Source: Microcoleus sp. (GTDB lineage: Bacteria > Cyanobacteriota > Cyanobacteriia > Cyanobacteriales > Microcoleaceae). Taken from it: DNA of 64,000 bases. The position numbers and the translations under genes were made by a program. The DNA is taken from positions 3,104,001-3,168,000 of the forward strand of contig CP181291.1 of assembly GCA_052279835.1 (NCBI GenBank). Reading direction: 5' to 3'. Positions 30,597 through 40,882 of the stretch are shown here, in pieces (positions within the stretch are counted from its first letter, which is position 1; each line of letters opens with the position of its first letter). The notes under the pieces are model-generated. The model made no database searches. It was not told the DNA's origin and worked only from the letters and a program-made list of their open reading frames with translations.

Positions 30597-32222
30597 TTAC
30601 AGTCTACAAGTCTCGACGCGAGAGAAGAGAACACTTCCCAATCCAAAATATCCTCTGGCTCTGGTAGCTCTAGCAGCGGTTCTAACTCCTCCTCTAAGTC
30701 TTCTGGCTCTATCTCCGGCTCTAGCTCCTGTTTCTAACTCCGGCTCTAAATCTTCTGGCTCTCTCTCCACCAGAAATGCCAACGCCGGGAAGTGTGCTTC
30801 TGGTGCTTCGGTGTAGATTGATCCTGCACTATAACATAGATCAAGAGAACCCAACCATTCCTTATTCACATACCAACCTACCCGACGACCAAACGCTTCC
30901 CATATTTTCTGATCATATTCCCTAGTTCCCCTTAGACTTTGATAGATGCGCTTCTGCACGGAAAAGCCGAAGCGCCCATATCTGTCAGAGCTGTATTTTA
31001 CCCAAAGTTGGTCAATGGTACGCAAGTCCTCGCAGGGGAATTTTTCAATACTTTCTCTATCCAGAAATCTTTCTTTCTCCTTACCTGCCACCTTCAGCAT
31101 CACTCTTGCCGTTTCTTCATCGGCTTCTATCCACTTTTTAGCTGCCAGTAAATCGCGCAACTTAGTATAGTCTATTCCCCTCTCTGATCTCAGAGGAACA
31201 TCTGGTGCAGTAGGAATAGGATTCACCACAGATGTAGATTTGGGAGACAATGGAGATGCCGATTTGTTCGCAACACTGCTACTAACAGAACTACCTTGAG
31301 AATATCGCTCATTTTTAATCTGCGATATAGCGATTCTTTGAATTCCATTAATCGCATCCATATCGCCAGTAGATGCAGCCAATACGCGAATCCACAACTG
31401 TTTTGCTAGTGCATAATCTTTATTTAATTCCGCTTGATAGGCATCATTTTTAAGAATAGAAACATCCTGTAAACTTGCATATTGCGGGCAAATAATTAAA
31501 TGGGACTTCGTGACCGGCTCTACAATACAGTAAGGTGTTTGCCGCACTTTTTCGCCTTTATGTTCCCGAATCAGTTCGGGAACTCGCACACTCAAATAAT
31601 GATTCAATCGCTCGACAGTTGCACATTTACCTTGAATGCCCAAGCCCTCCAGCACTGCTTTTGTGAAAATACCTTGCTGTAAAGTTTCAATTTCGTAGGA
31701 CAATTGATTGGGACTGCAAGAAAAGAAGGTGACAACTCCTTTTTGCCGAGCAATTTCAGCAGCTTGATTGCCGATTCCCAATCCCGATTTACTTCCTCGA
31801 TACCGACAAGCATCCAGCAGCAAAATCACATTTCCAGCACCGCAGCCGCGCAAACATTCAGTCACAAAATCAATCGGAATCGCCGTATGTTCGACATCTT
31901 CCGCATCGCCATCGCAAGGCATCAAATAATCGCGCCCATCATACTGCATCCCGTGCCCGCTGAAGAAAAACCACAAATTATCTCCAGTTGCCATAGTAGG
32001 CTTGTTAGAGATTTGCCTCAAAAATCGCCTCAGATTGGCACGAGAAGGACGAGTCGGTATACCCTGAAAATCAGGCGAGTCATCGGAGAATAAAAAAACT
32101 TGCTCAAAACTCGCCTCGCGCAGAAATTCCTGCATTAACTCTGCATCCCGCTTGGCATATTTCAGCGGAGTTAGGTAATCATATTTATTGATGCCAATTG
32201 ATATCGCCTGATTTCTTCCCAT
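30597..32222 (-). CDS. Caspase-like (peptidase C14) protease fused to a GUN4-like domain
   Basis: FFSGHG and LDACR His/Cys dyad; DYTKLRDLLAAKKW.EADEET, FPCEDLRTIDQLWVKYS..RFGFSVQKRIY GUN4 signature. Confidence 0.9.
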   Translation of the reverse strand: MGRNQAISIGINKYDYLTPLKYAKRDAELMQEFLREASFEQVFLFSDDSPDFQGIPTRPSRANLRRFLRQISNKPTMATGDNLWFFFSGHGMQYDGRDYLMPCDGDAEDVEHTAIPIDFVTECLRGCGAGNVILLLDACRYRGSKSGLGIGNQAAEIARQKGVVTFFSCSPNQLSYEIETLQQGIFTKAVLEGLGIQGKCATVERLNHYLSVRVPELIREHKGEKVRQTPYCIVEPVTKSHLIICPQYASLQDVSILKNDAYQAELNKDYALAKQLWIRVLAASTGDMDAINGIQRIAISQIKNERYSQGSSVSSSVANKSASPLSPKSTSVVNPIPTAPDVPLRSERGIDYTKLRDLLAAKKWIEADEETARVMLKVAGKEKERFLDRESIEKFPCEDLRTIDQLWVKYSSDRYGRFGFSVQKRIYQSLRGTREYDQKIWEAFGRRVGWYVNKEWLGSLDLCYSAGSIYTEAPEAHFPALAFLVEREPEDLEPELETGARAGDRARRLRGGVRTAARATRARGYFGLGSVLFSRVETCRL

Positions 32223-32228
32223 TTCACC

Positions 32229-32657
32229 TTAAGACTTACGTTTAAATCTCAACAATACGGTTCTAGTATCTGCGGCTTTTGCTCCGATACCTAATAAACT
32301 GAAAGAACCTTCGGCGTTAATGGCAACGGATAACTCAATTTCCGATAATTCGATGGTTTTCATGTCAGCTTCGGCATCGGCGCGCCCGAACATTTTATCT
32401 ACGGTTTGCATGAATTGAACGAGTTCTTTTTCTAATTTATTGATGCTGACTTTGTGCGGGCGCAAGTTATCAACTGCTTTTGATACCTGTTTTTGGAGTT
32501 GGGTATTGGGAGTGCCAAAAGCATCGCCCCAATCGGGTAGCCCTGTGTGTGCTCCTATCTTGGCACCTTCATCGTCGGGTGTGTCGGGAGACTCGCCTGC
32601 TGTATCGGCTGTCACAATCCAAATCGTTTCATCTGTCATAGGTGCTGAAGGCTCCAA
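32229..32657 (-). CDS. Small peptidase co-occurring (Pepco/Trypco-like) protein
   Basis: ELSEIELSVAINAEGSFSLLGIG.K...V.LRFKR pattern; 6 bp upstream of the caspase gene. Confidence 0.65.
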   Translation of the reverse strand: MEPSAPMTDETIWIVTADTAGESPDTPDDEGAKIGAHTGLPDWGDAFGTPNTQLQKQVSKAVDNLRPHKVSINKLEKELVQFMQTVDKMFGRADAEADMKTIELSEIELSVAINAEGSFSLLGIGAKAADTRTVLLRFKRKS

Positions 32658-32741
32658 ATTATAGGGATAATTTTAGTAGATGTTAACCGCGACTATAATC
32701 TTAGATTGTACCTGAAATTTTAGGGCGATCGGTGGGGAGTT

Positions 32742-32991
32742 AGAAACCGGGTTTCTTTCCTAAATCTGGGTGGGGATTCCTAGATTGTCGCAGAAACCCG
32801 GTTTCTTGGATTTGGGGGCGATCGGTGGGAGGCGAGAAACCGGGTTTCTTTCCTACATCTGGGTGGGGATTCCTAGATTGTCGCAGAAACCCGGTTTCTT
32901 GGATTTGGGGGTGATTGGTGGGGGGTTAGAAACCGGGTTTCTTCCTAAATCTTGGTGGGGATTCGGAGATTGTCGCAGAAACCCGGTTTCT
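32742..32991. repeat. REPIN-like array, 3 units (93-bp period)
   Basis: Units start at 32742, 32835, 32928. Confidence 0.9.
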
Positions 32992-33001
32992 TGGACTTTG
33001 C

Positions 33002-33568
33002 TTATTCTTCAAAGGTTAGATGCTGGATTAATTTATCGCTAGTTAAGTCTTCTAAAAAGTAGCGATAAGCTTCTGCTGACTGAAATTGCGATCGCACTTC
33101 ATCTATTTTAGGTAAACTCCCCCGGCGCAAATCGATATATTCTTGATAGCTGGAAAACTCCCAGTCTTCTGCTTTTTCAACTATATTAGCAGAGACTGGG
33201 TTTAAGTGAATATAACGAGTTAGGTGCAATAAATATTCTTCTCGATCTACATGAATCGCTTCAAAACGTCCCTGAAATAGTGAACCAACTCTGTGATAGC
33301 GTTTATTGATAGCTTTAGTGTAAGATAAAGTAAATGATTGCATTAGGTTAGAGAAGCAATCGGTTTTTAGGTGAACTAATAAATGGTAGTGGTTCGGCAT
33401 TAAACAATAGGCAATAATATCAACATCATTCTCGATCAGATGGTTTCTAACTTGGCGTAAAAAATAAATATAGTTGTCTCGTTCAAAAAAGATAAGTTGG
33501 CGGTTATTACCACGGTTATAAACATGATAGTAATTACCGGCTTGTAAGATAACTTCGCGGCGCGGCAT
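33002..33568 (-). CDS. REP-associated tyrosine transposase (RAYT, Y1/HUH, IS200-like)
   Basis: YHVYNRGNNR, YCLMPNHYHLL (HUH), LFQGRF, YIHLNPV, WEFSSY; repeat arrays on both sides. Confidence 0.9.
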   Translation of the reverse strand: MPRREVILQAGNYYHVYNRGNNRQLIFFERDNYIYFLRQVRNHLIENDVDIIAYCLMPNHYHLLVHLKTDCFSNLMQSFTLSYTKAINKRYHRVGSLFQGRFEAIHVDREEYLLHLTRYIHLNPVSANIVEKAEDWEFSSYQEYIDLRRGSLPKIDEVRSQFQSAEAYRYFLEDLTSDKLIQHLTFEE

Positions 33569-33615
33569 AGGGCAAATCGGAGGGTAGATAAGGGGGTTTA
33601 GTACACCGAGGCCTC

Positions 33616-34054
33616 AGAAACCGGGTTTCTTTCCACAATCTCGGTGATGATGCAGAAATTATCGCAGAAACCCGGTTTCTCTGCTGTGATGCAGAGCTCC
33701 TGGTACACCGAGGCCTCAGAAACCGGGTTTCTTTCCACAATCTCGGTGATGATGCAGAAATTATCGCAGAAACCCGGTTTCTCTGCTGTGATGCAGAGTT
33801 CCAGGTACACCGAGGCCTCAGAAACCGGGTTTCTTTCCACAATCTCGGTGATGATGCAGAAATTATCGCAGAAACCCGGTTTCTTGGATGGTGTGCAAAG
33901 GCCTGAGAAACCGGGTTTCTTCCACAATCTCGGCGATGATGCAGAAATTATCGCAGAAACCCGGTTTCTTGGATGGTGTGCAAAGGCCTGAGAAACCGGG
34001 TTTCTTCCACAATCTCGGCGATGATGCAGAAATTGTCGCAGAAACCCGGTTTCT
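33616..34054. repeat. REPIN-like array, 5 units
   Basis: Units start at 33616, 33718, 33820, 33906, 33991. Confidence 0.9.
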
Positions 34055-34058
34055 TGGA

Positions 34059-37000
34059 TTAGCTGCCGCCAATTCGGGCCACATCACGAGCATTTTCTTC
34101 AAATGCAGCCGTCAGCGCATCATCACCGCTTAAACCCGCAGCGATCGCCCTTTCAATGGCCTCCAACACCCGCTTATAATCCCGCGGCATCACCTTCACA
34201 AACACCGGCACCATCGCATCCCAATTTGCCAAAACCTTCGATGCTTTAGCACTTCCAGTCAAATCAAAATGAGTCTGAATTAACTCCCGCAAATCTGCAA
34301 TTTCCTCAACATCCTCCAGTTTTTCCAGCGCCACCATCGACATATTGCAGCGAGTTGCAAAATCCCCCGCTTCATCCAAAATGTAAGCGACACCGCCACT
34401 CATTCCCGCAGCAAAATTGCGCCCGGTGGCACCCAAAACCACAACTTTGCCGCCAGTCATGTACTCGCAACCGTGATCGCCCACACCCTCGACTACTGTG
34501 TTAACGCCGGAATTCCGCACCGCAAAACGTTCGCCCGCCATCCCTCGGATGAAAACCTCGCCAGATGTCGCTCCGTAAAGCACTACGTTGCCGACAATCA
34601 CGTTTTCCTCTGCGACGAAGGTAGAAGCTGGCGACGGGTACAAGATGATTTTGCCGCCGCTGAGGCCTTTGCCCAAATAGTCGTTGGCTTCGCCTTCGAG
34701 CTCTAGGGTGACTCCCTTGGGTACGAATGCCCCAAAGCTTTGTCCCGCGCTACCTTGGAAGTGCAGGTGCACGGTGTCATCGGGTAAACCTTCCCAGTGG
34801 CGTTTGGTGATTTCGTTGCCGAGAATTGTGCCGACAACGCGGTTGATGTTGGTAATCGGCAGTTTGGCGCGGACTTTTTCGCCGTTTTCGATCGCACCTT
34901 TGCACAAATCCAGCAGTACACTGATATCCATCGACTTGGACAAACCGTGATCCTGCGCCATCTGACAATAGCGCCCGACATCCGCCCCAACTTCCGGCTG
35001 ATACAGGATGTTCGAGAAATCCAAACCCTTAGCCTTCCAGTGTTCCACCGCTTGTTGCGCTTCCAAAACATCGGTGCGGCCCACCATTTCATTCAGCGTG
35101 CGGAAGCCCAACTGCGCCATAATTTCCCGGACTTCTTGCGCGACGAAGGTCATAAAGTTTACCGTGTGATCGGGATCTCCGGTAAAGTTTTTCCGCAACA
35201 GGGGGTCTTGCGTCGCAACGCCCACGGGGCAAGTGTTCTGATGGCAGACGCGCATCATGATGCAGCCCAAAGTCACCAGTGGCGCGGTGGCAAAACCGAA
35301 TTCCTCCGCACCAAGCAAGGCAGCAATTGCTACATCGCGCCCGGTTTTCATTTGTCCGTCGGTTTCCACAGCAATCCGGCTGCGGAGATTGTTGAGTACC
35401 AAAGTCTGGTGAGTTTCCGCCAATCCCAACTCCCAAGGTAATCCGGCGTGTTTGATCGATGTTTGCGGTGACGCGCCGGTACCGCCGTCGTAGCCGGAGA
35501 TCAGCACCACATCGGCGTGGGCTTTGGCGACACCGGCTGCGATCGTCCCTACTCCCACTTCCGACACGAGTTTGACGCTAATCCGCGCTTCCCGGTTGGC
35601 ATTTTTCAAGTCGTGAATCAATTCGGCCAAATCTTCGATCGAATAAATGTCGTGGTGGGGAGGAGGCGAAATCAAGCCCACACCAGGAGTAGAGTTGCGT
35701 ACCTTGGCAATCCACGGGTATACTTTTTTACCGGGCAACTGTCCGCCTTCTCCGGGTTTTGCCCCTTGCGCCATCTTGATTTGCAGTTCCCGCGCTTGGG
35801 AAAGATACAAGCTGGTAACGCCAAAACGGCCGGAAGCAACTTGTTTGATCGCACTGTTTTTTGAGTCACCGCGATCGTTTGTCCAAGTATAGCGATCGGG
35901 ATCTTCGCCGCCTTCACCGGTGTTCGATTTGCCACCAATGCGGTTCATCGCTACAGCCAAAGATTCGTGGGCTTCTTGGGAAATTGAACCGTAACTCATC
36001 GCGCCTGTTTTGAAGCGTTTGAGAATAGCTTCTACTGGTTCAACTTCCTCGATCGGAATCGATTCCCGCTGCTTGAATTGCAGCAAACCGCGCAGGGTAA
36101 AATGCTGTTGGTTTTGTTCGTTAACCAGGGCGGAATACTTTTGGAAAAGCGGGTAACTTCCTTCGCGTACTGCTTGTTGCAGGGCGTGAATAGTTTGCGG
36201 GCTGAACAGGTGGGCTTCGCCTTCCTTGCGCCATTGATATTCGCCGCCGACATCGAGGGTGTGTCCGCTGGAAGGGCGTTCTGGGAAGGCGTGGGTATGG
36301 CGTAAAATCGCTTCTTGGGCGATGACTTCGAGGTTTACTCCTGCAATCCGCGATGCTGTCCAAGTGAAGTATTTATCGACTACGGATTTGTTTAAGCCGA
36401 TCGCCTCAAATATCTGGGCACCGCGGTAACTTTGAATGGTGGAAATCCCAATTTTTGACGCAACTTTGGTCACGCCTTTGCTTGCGGCTTTTACGTAGTT
36501 TTTGCAAGCTGTCTTGGTATCAACATTTACTAGCAAACCTTCACGGATTGAATCGGCGATCGTCTCAAAAGCTAAATACGGATTGATCGCACCGCAACCA
36601 TAGCCGATTAAAGTCGCAAAGTGATGCACTTCGCGCGGTTCCCCGGATTCGAGCACCAGTCCCGCCCGCGTGCGCGTTCCTTGGCGGATCAGGTGGTGGT
36701 GCAGACCTGCAACTGCTAGCAGTGCCGGAATTGGAGCGTTTTCGGCATCAATTCCCCGATCGCTCAAAATGATGATATTCACCCCAGAGGCGATCGCACT
36801 GTCGGCGGCTGCAAAAAGCTCTTCTAACGCCTGTTCGAGACCTTTTACGCCTGTTTTGGGGTCAAACAAAATTGGTACAGTAGCAGACTGGAAATTGCCC
36901 GTTTTTACGTGTTTGAGTTTTGCCAATTCTTCATTGCTGAGAATGGGTGTTTTCAACTCAATCAAGTGACAGCTTTCTGGTTCCGGTTTCAACAAATTGC

Positions 37001-38645
37001 GTTCCGATCCGATCGTCGTTTCGGCAGAAGTGACAATTTCTTCGCGGATCGAATCAATGGGCGGATTGGTAACTTGAGCAAAAAGTTGCTGGAAGTATTC
37101 GTAAAGCAGCTTTGGTCTGTTAGACAAAACTGCCAACGGCGTATCCGCGCCCATCGCCCCGACAGCTTCTACGCCGTTTGTTGCCATCGGCGCTAACAGC
37201 AACCGCAGTTCTTCAAAGGTGTAGCCAAATGCCATTTGGCGCTGCAATAATGTTTCGGGTTCCGATTCTGCCACTACTTCTGCATCTGGTAGTTTGGCAA
37301 TCTCTACCATGTGCTGGTCAATCCACTGGCGGTACGGGTGTTCTGTGGAAATTTTGGTTTTAATTTCTTCATCAGAAACAATGCGGCCTTCGGCAGTATT
37401 TACTAAGAACATTCTGCCTGGTTGCAAACGGCCTTTTGATGCAATTCTTTCCGGGGCGATCGGCAAAACTCCGGCTTCCGATGCCATAATTACTAAGTCG
37501 TCTTTGGTGACGCAGTAGCGGGAAGGACGTAAACCGTTGCGATCGAGCACTGCGCCGATCGATGTACCATCGGTAAATGCTATGGAAGCAGGCCCATCCC
37601 AAGGTTCCATCAAGCAAGAATGGTATTCGTAGAAAGCTTTTTTCTCGTCACTCATGGACTCGTGGGCTGTCCAAGGTTCGGGAATCATCATCATCACCGC
37701 GTGGGGTAAAGAACGCCCGGCCAAATATAGCAATTCCAGAGCATTATCAAAGATAGTGGAGTCGCTACCTTCGATATTGATTAAATTCGGGATTTTCTTT
37801 AAGTCATCCCCGAACAGTTCTGACTCGAACATCGATTGTCGCGCGTGCATCCAGTTGATGTTGCCGCGCATCGTGTTGATTTCGCCGTTGTGGGCGATGT
37901 AGCGGTAAGGGTGCGATCGCTCCCAACTCGGAAATGTATTGGTGCTGAAGCGCGAGTGAACTAGGGCTAGAGCGCTTTCCATGTCTGGGTCATGCAGTTC
38001 GGGATAGTAATCTCCCACTTGCACCGGCATCAGCATTCCTTTGTAGACGATCGTCCGGCAGGAAAGTGTGGAATTATACCAGTAGGGGTCTACGTTAGTC
38101 CTGCGAATCGCATTATGTGCCCGTTTGCGAATAACGTAGAGTTTGCGCTCAAAAGCCGCCTCGTCCATACCTGCGGGGCGGCTGACGAACACTTGCTGCA
38201 TGAAGGGTTCGCTGGCTTTGGCGGTATCGCCCAGGGATGAATTATCCGTGGGGACATCCCGCCAACCGAGCACGGGACATCCTTCTTCGGCGGCGATTTC
38301 GGCAAAGATGCGTTTGCCGTTTTCCCGTTCCGTCTGGTTTCGCGATGAGTAAATTGCACCAACTCCGTACTCGCCGGCTTCTGGAAGTTGGATGTTGAGG
38401 GCCGCCGTTACTTTTTTCATGAATTTGTGCGGCACTTGCATCAAAATCCCCGCGCCGTCTCCGGTGTTGGGCTCGCAGCCGCAGGCCCCCCGGTGGTCGA
38501 GGTTCAACAGGATTGTCAGTGCCTGTTCTACTATGTCGTGGGATTTGTTACCTTTCATCTGTACGATGAACCCGACTCCGCAAGCGTCATGCTCGAACTG
38601 CGGATCGTACAGGCCTTGTTTTGCTGGCAGTCCGTTGCTGTTCAT
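34059..38645 (-). CDS. gltB: Glutamate synthase large subunit
   Basis: DACGVGF N-terminal Cys, [36 protein letters not shown] domain. Confidence 0.96.
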   Translation of the reverse strand: MNSNGLPAKQGLYDPQFEHDACGVGFIVQMKGNKSHDIVEQALTILLNLDHRGACGCEPNTGDGAGILMQVPHKFMKKVTAALNIQLPEAGEYGVGAIYSSRNQTERENGKRIFAEIAAEEGCPVLGWRDVPTDNSSLGDTAKASEPFMQQVFVSRPAGMDEAAFERKLYVIRKRAHNAIRRTNVDPYWYNSTLSCRTIVYKGMLMPVQVGDYYPELHDPDMESALALVHSRFSTNTFPSWERSHPYRYIAHNGEINTMRGNINWMHARQSMFESELFGDDLKKIPNLINIEGSDSTIFDNALELLYLAGRSLPHAVMMMIPEPWTAHESMSDEKKAFYEYHSCLMEPWDGPASIAFTDGTSIGAVLDRNGLRPSRYCVTKDDLVIMASEAGVLPIAPERIASKGRLQPGRMFLVNTAEGRIVSDEEIKTKISTEHPYRQWIDQHMVEIAKLPDAEVVAESEPETLLQRQMAFGYTFEELRLLLAPMATNGVEAVGAMGADTPLAVLSNRPKLLYEYFQQLFAQVTNPPIDSIREEIVTSAETTIGSERNLLKPEPESCHLIELKTPILSNEELAKLKHVKTGNFQSATVPILFDPKTGVKGLEQALEELFAAADSAIASGVNIIILSDRGIDAENAPIPALLAVAGLHHHLIRQGTRTRAGLVLESGEPREVHHFATLIGYGCGAINPYLAFETIADSIREGLLVNVDTKTACKNYVKAASKGVTKVASKIGISTIQSYRGAQIFEAIGLNKSVVDKYFTWTASRIAGVNLEVIAQEAILRHTHAFPERPSSGHTLDVGGEYQWRKEGEAHLFSPQTIHALQQAVREGSYPLFQKYSALVNEQNQQHFTLRGLLQFKQRESIPIEEVEPVEAILKRFKTGAMSYGSISQEAHESLAVAMNRIGGKSNTGEGGEDPDRYTWTNDRGDSKNSAIKQVASGRFGVTSLYLSQARELQIKMAQGAKPGEGGQLPGKKVYPWIAKVRNSTPGVGLISPPPHHDIYSIEDLAELIHDLKNANREARISVKLVSEVGVGTIAAGVAKAHADVVLISGYDGGTGASPQTSIKHAGLPWELGLAETHQTLVLNNLRSRIAVETDGQMKTGRDVAIAALLGAEEFGFATAPLVTLGCIMMRVCHQNTCPVGVATQDPLLRKNFTGDPDHTVNFMTFVAQEVREIMAQLGFRTLNEMVGRTDVLEAQQAVEHWKAKGLDFSNILYQPEVGADVGRYCQMAQDHGLSKSMDISVLLDLCKGAIENGEKVRAKLPITNINRVVGTILGNEITKRHWEGLPDDTVHLHFQGSAGQSFGAFVPKGVTLELEGEANDYLGKGLSGGKIILYPSPASTFVAEENVIVGNVVLYGATSGEVFIRGMAGERFAVRNSGVNTVVEGVGDHGCEYMTGGKVVVLGATGRNFAAGMSGGVAYILDEAGDFATRCNMSMVALEKLEDVEEIADLRELIQTHFDLTGSAKASKVLANWDAMVPVFVKVMPRDYKRVLEAIERAIAAGLSGDDALTAAFEENARDVARIGGS

Positions 38646-39497
38646 TTGGATAAGTCTCTCAAAGTGATCAAAAAATTGCGATATCTAGAGTAGAGCGCGG
38701 GATGGCGATCGATCTAGTATCATTTATTATATGTGGATCTACTACATTGGGCAGAGCCACCAAAGAATCCCAGCCTAGGCGATCGCTCTGAGTCAAAAAA
38801 TAGTTAAAGCTGATGAGTTAACTATCGAACCTGAAGGTCTAAATATCGATCGAGAACGGTTAAATCAGTCCAAAACCACCATAAATCCTGCAACATATCC
38901 CGTTAAATCCAGAACCCGCCGCTACAGATGAAGATTTAACTACCAGCCGGGAAGTCTAAGGGTATATTTAGAGGGGGATGAATCTGAGCGCTGCGCGAAG
39001 TAGCCCAAATAAATTACTCCTTGGGATGAAAGGCTCGTCGGGTGTAGCTACGGAAACCGACAATCAGACATTGCAAAGACCTTTAACTTTGATGTACTTC
39101 CTAGATATTAAAACAAAAGAAATGGTATATTAACGGTGGCATTCTTGTCAATGTGGAGAATCTTTGGATCGAGATGAAAATTCAGCCAAACTCATAAGAA
39201 AAATTGGTCTGAGTTACGAAAGTGGCGGGGGAACTCCGTCACTCAAAAAAGCCTTTGCAAAAAAGGAAAAAGAAGCCTGCGGTCTAACTGTACTCAGTTG
39301 ACCGTCAGGTTCGTTCACTATAGATTTAGGCAATGGATCGAATTTTGGGTTACAGCAGCTAGAGTTATTTTGTTATGGTTGTTAAGGCGAGTAGATCGGG
39401 CTGAGCAGATTTATTCAGCGAGTGGGTAGGGGGTTGCTGACAAACCCTTTAAGAATTAAACTTTGGGCGGATTCATCCCCCAAAGTTTGTCCTTAAT

Positions 39498-39529
39498 AAT
39501 CCCCGCGTCTTCAGACCGGGGAGTGTCAA
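39498..39529 (+). mobile_element. Isolated IS200/IS605-type right-end hairpin
   Basis: AATCCCCGCGTCTTCAGACCGGGGAGTGTCAA: subterminal hairpin ending TCAA; no transposase ORF adjacent. Confidence 0.6.
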
Positions 39530-39658
39530 TGCTATAATTGTACAGTTAGCTCCCCATCCGCCCTGGTCAGCTTTAATTTTAACAATAAATTTAGCTAGCC
39601 TCAACAACCAACCTAGTTTACCAAAGAATTCACCCAGCAATCCAGAAGGAGTAAAAAC

Positions 39659-40081
39659 ATGGTTCAGACTCAAGAAAATCCTCAAATATCTACTCTCCAG
39701 ACACCTGTTGCAATTAACGGTATTACCCCCACAGAAATGCGCCCTTGGGGTTCATTTACTACCCTAGAAGAAGGGCCTGGATATAAAATTAAACGCATAG
39801 AAGTTAACCCCGGACATCGCCTCAGCCTCCAAATGCACCACCATCGCAGCGAACACTGGATCGTGGTTTCTGGTACTGCTAAAGTTACTTGTGGCGAAAA
39901 TGAACAAGTTCTATTTACTAATCAGTCTACCTACGTTCCTCAGTGCATCAATCACCGTCTGGAAAATCCCGGTGTGATTCCCCTGATTTTAATTGAAGTA
40001 CAGAATGGCGAATATCTTGGAGAAGACGATATTGTACGTTTTCAAGATGATTATTCCCGGACTGAATCTAAGGCTAAATAA
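39659..40081 (+). CDS. Mannose-6-phosphate isomerase type II C-terminal cupin
   Basis: RPWG, LSLQMHHHRSEHWIVVSG, HRLENPG, EVQNGEYLGEDDIVRF. Confidence 0.92.
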   Translation: MVQTQENPQISTLQTPVAINGITPTEMRPWGSFTTLEEGPGYKIKRIEVNPGHRLSLQMHHHRSEHWIVVSGTAKVTCGENEQVLFTNQSTYVPQCINHRLENPGVIPLILIEVQNGEYLGEDDIVRFQDDYSRTESKAK

Positions 40082-40189
40082 CCGATAAACTGGTAATTGG
40101 GGATAGGGCATAGGGCATAGGGGATAGAGTATTCGCACCAACAAGTAAGCAATAAACAATTAGTAATAAGCCGCAACTAATAACTAATT

Positions 40190-40255
40190 CCCAATTCCCC
40201 ATTCCCCATTCCCCATTCCCCATTCCCCATTCCCCATTCCCCATTCCCCATTCCC
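40190..40255 (+). repeat. STRR heptamer tandem repeat (CCCCATT)n
   Basis: About 8 near-perfect copies. Confidence 0.9.
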
Positions 40256-40262
40256 AAAATTA

Positions 40263-40586
40263 ATGATTCATCTTAGCAAAACCGCAGCTCAGGAAGTAAT
40301 GCGCCTCAAATCTAAGCATCCAAACCCCAATGCTTTATTTCGTTTAGGCGTCGAATCTAGCGGTTGTTCCGGTTTATCTTATACCATGGCTTTTGAGGAT
40401 GCGATCAACTCAGAAGCCAATGTTTGCGAGTCGGAGGGCATTGAAATTGCGATCGACCCCCAGCATTTAAAATATCTCAACGAGCTCACCTTGGACTATT
40501 CAGAGGATTTGATGGGCGGCGGTTTCCGATTTCACAATCCTAATGCGACTAAAAGTTGTAGCTGCGGCAATTCGTTTTCTGCATAG
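40263..40586 (+). CDS. HesB/IscA family Fe-S cluster assembly protein
   Basis: GCSGLSY, LDYSEDLMGGGFRFHNPNA..SCSCGNSF. Confidence 0.92.
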   Translation: MIHLSKTAAQEVMRLKSKHPNPNALFRLGVESSGCSGLSYTMAFEDAINSEANVCESEGIEIAIDPQHLKYLNELTLDYSEDLMGGGFRFHNPNATKSCSCGNSFSA

Positions 40587-40882
40587 AGATAAATACTCAA
40601 CCTCTAGGCTTCGTCAGTTATAGCCTTTCGAGCTCTCCTATGAGGTACGAGCGAAAATTGGTAATAGGTAAACAGTTCAAATAAGCTGGTCAAGACTACC
40701 AAGTTGAACTATCAAGTGAGATGATTATCGTCCTTGGTCCGTCAGATTTCGAGTAAATATACTGATGAAATAATTGAGATTGTAAAGTATAAATATAAAA
40801 TAGCGATCGCTCTGAAAATCTCATGGCAAAACCACTTTTTCCGAAAGTTTTTTTTGGAGAATTACTAATAAAATGATCCGTC

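Noticed and set aside
30597..30800. Complete diversity-generating retroelement
   Set aside because: No reverse transcriptase or template repeat in the window
33616..34054. CRISPR array
   Set aside because: Spacers are near-identical within each cluster, arms come in inverted pairs, and there are no cas genes; this fits REP/REPIN
34473..38693. Numerous short ORFs overlapping gltB
   Set aside because: Shadow ORFs of a long, GC-richer gene; no recognisable motifs
38646..39480. Glutamine riboswitch or NtcA box upstream of gltB
   Set aside because: Could not find the glnA-motif core or a clean GTA-N8-TAC by eye
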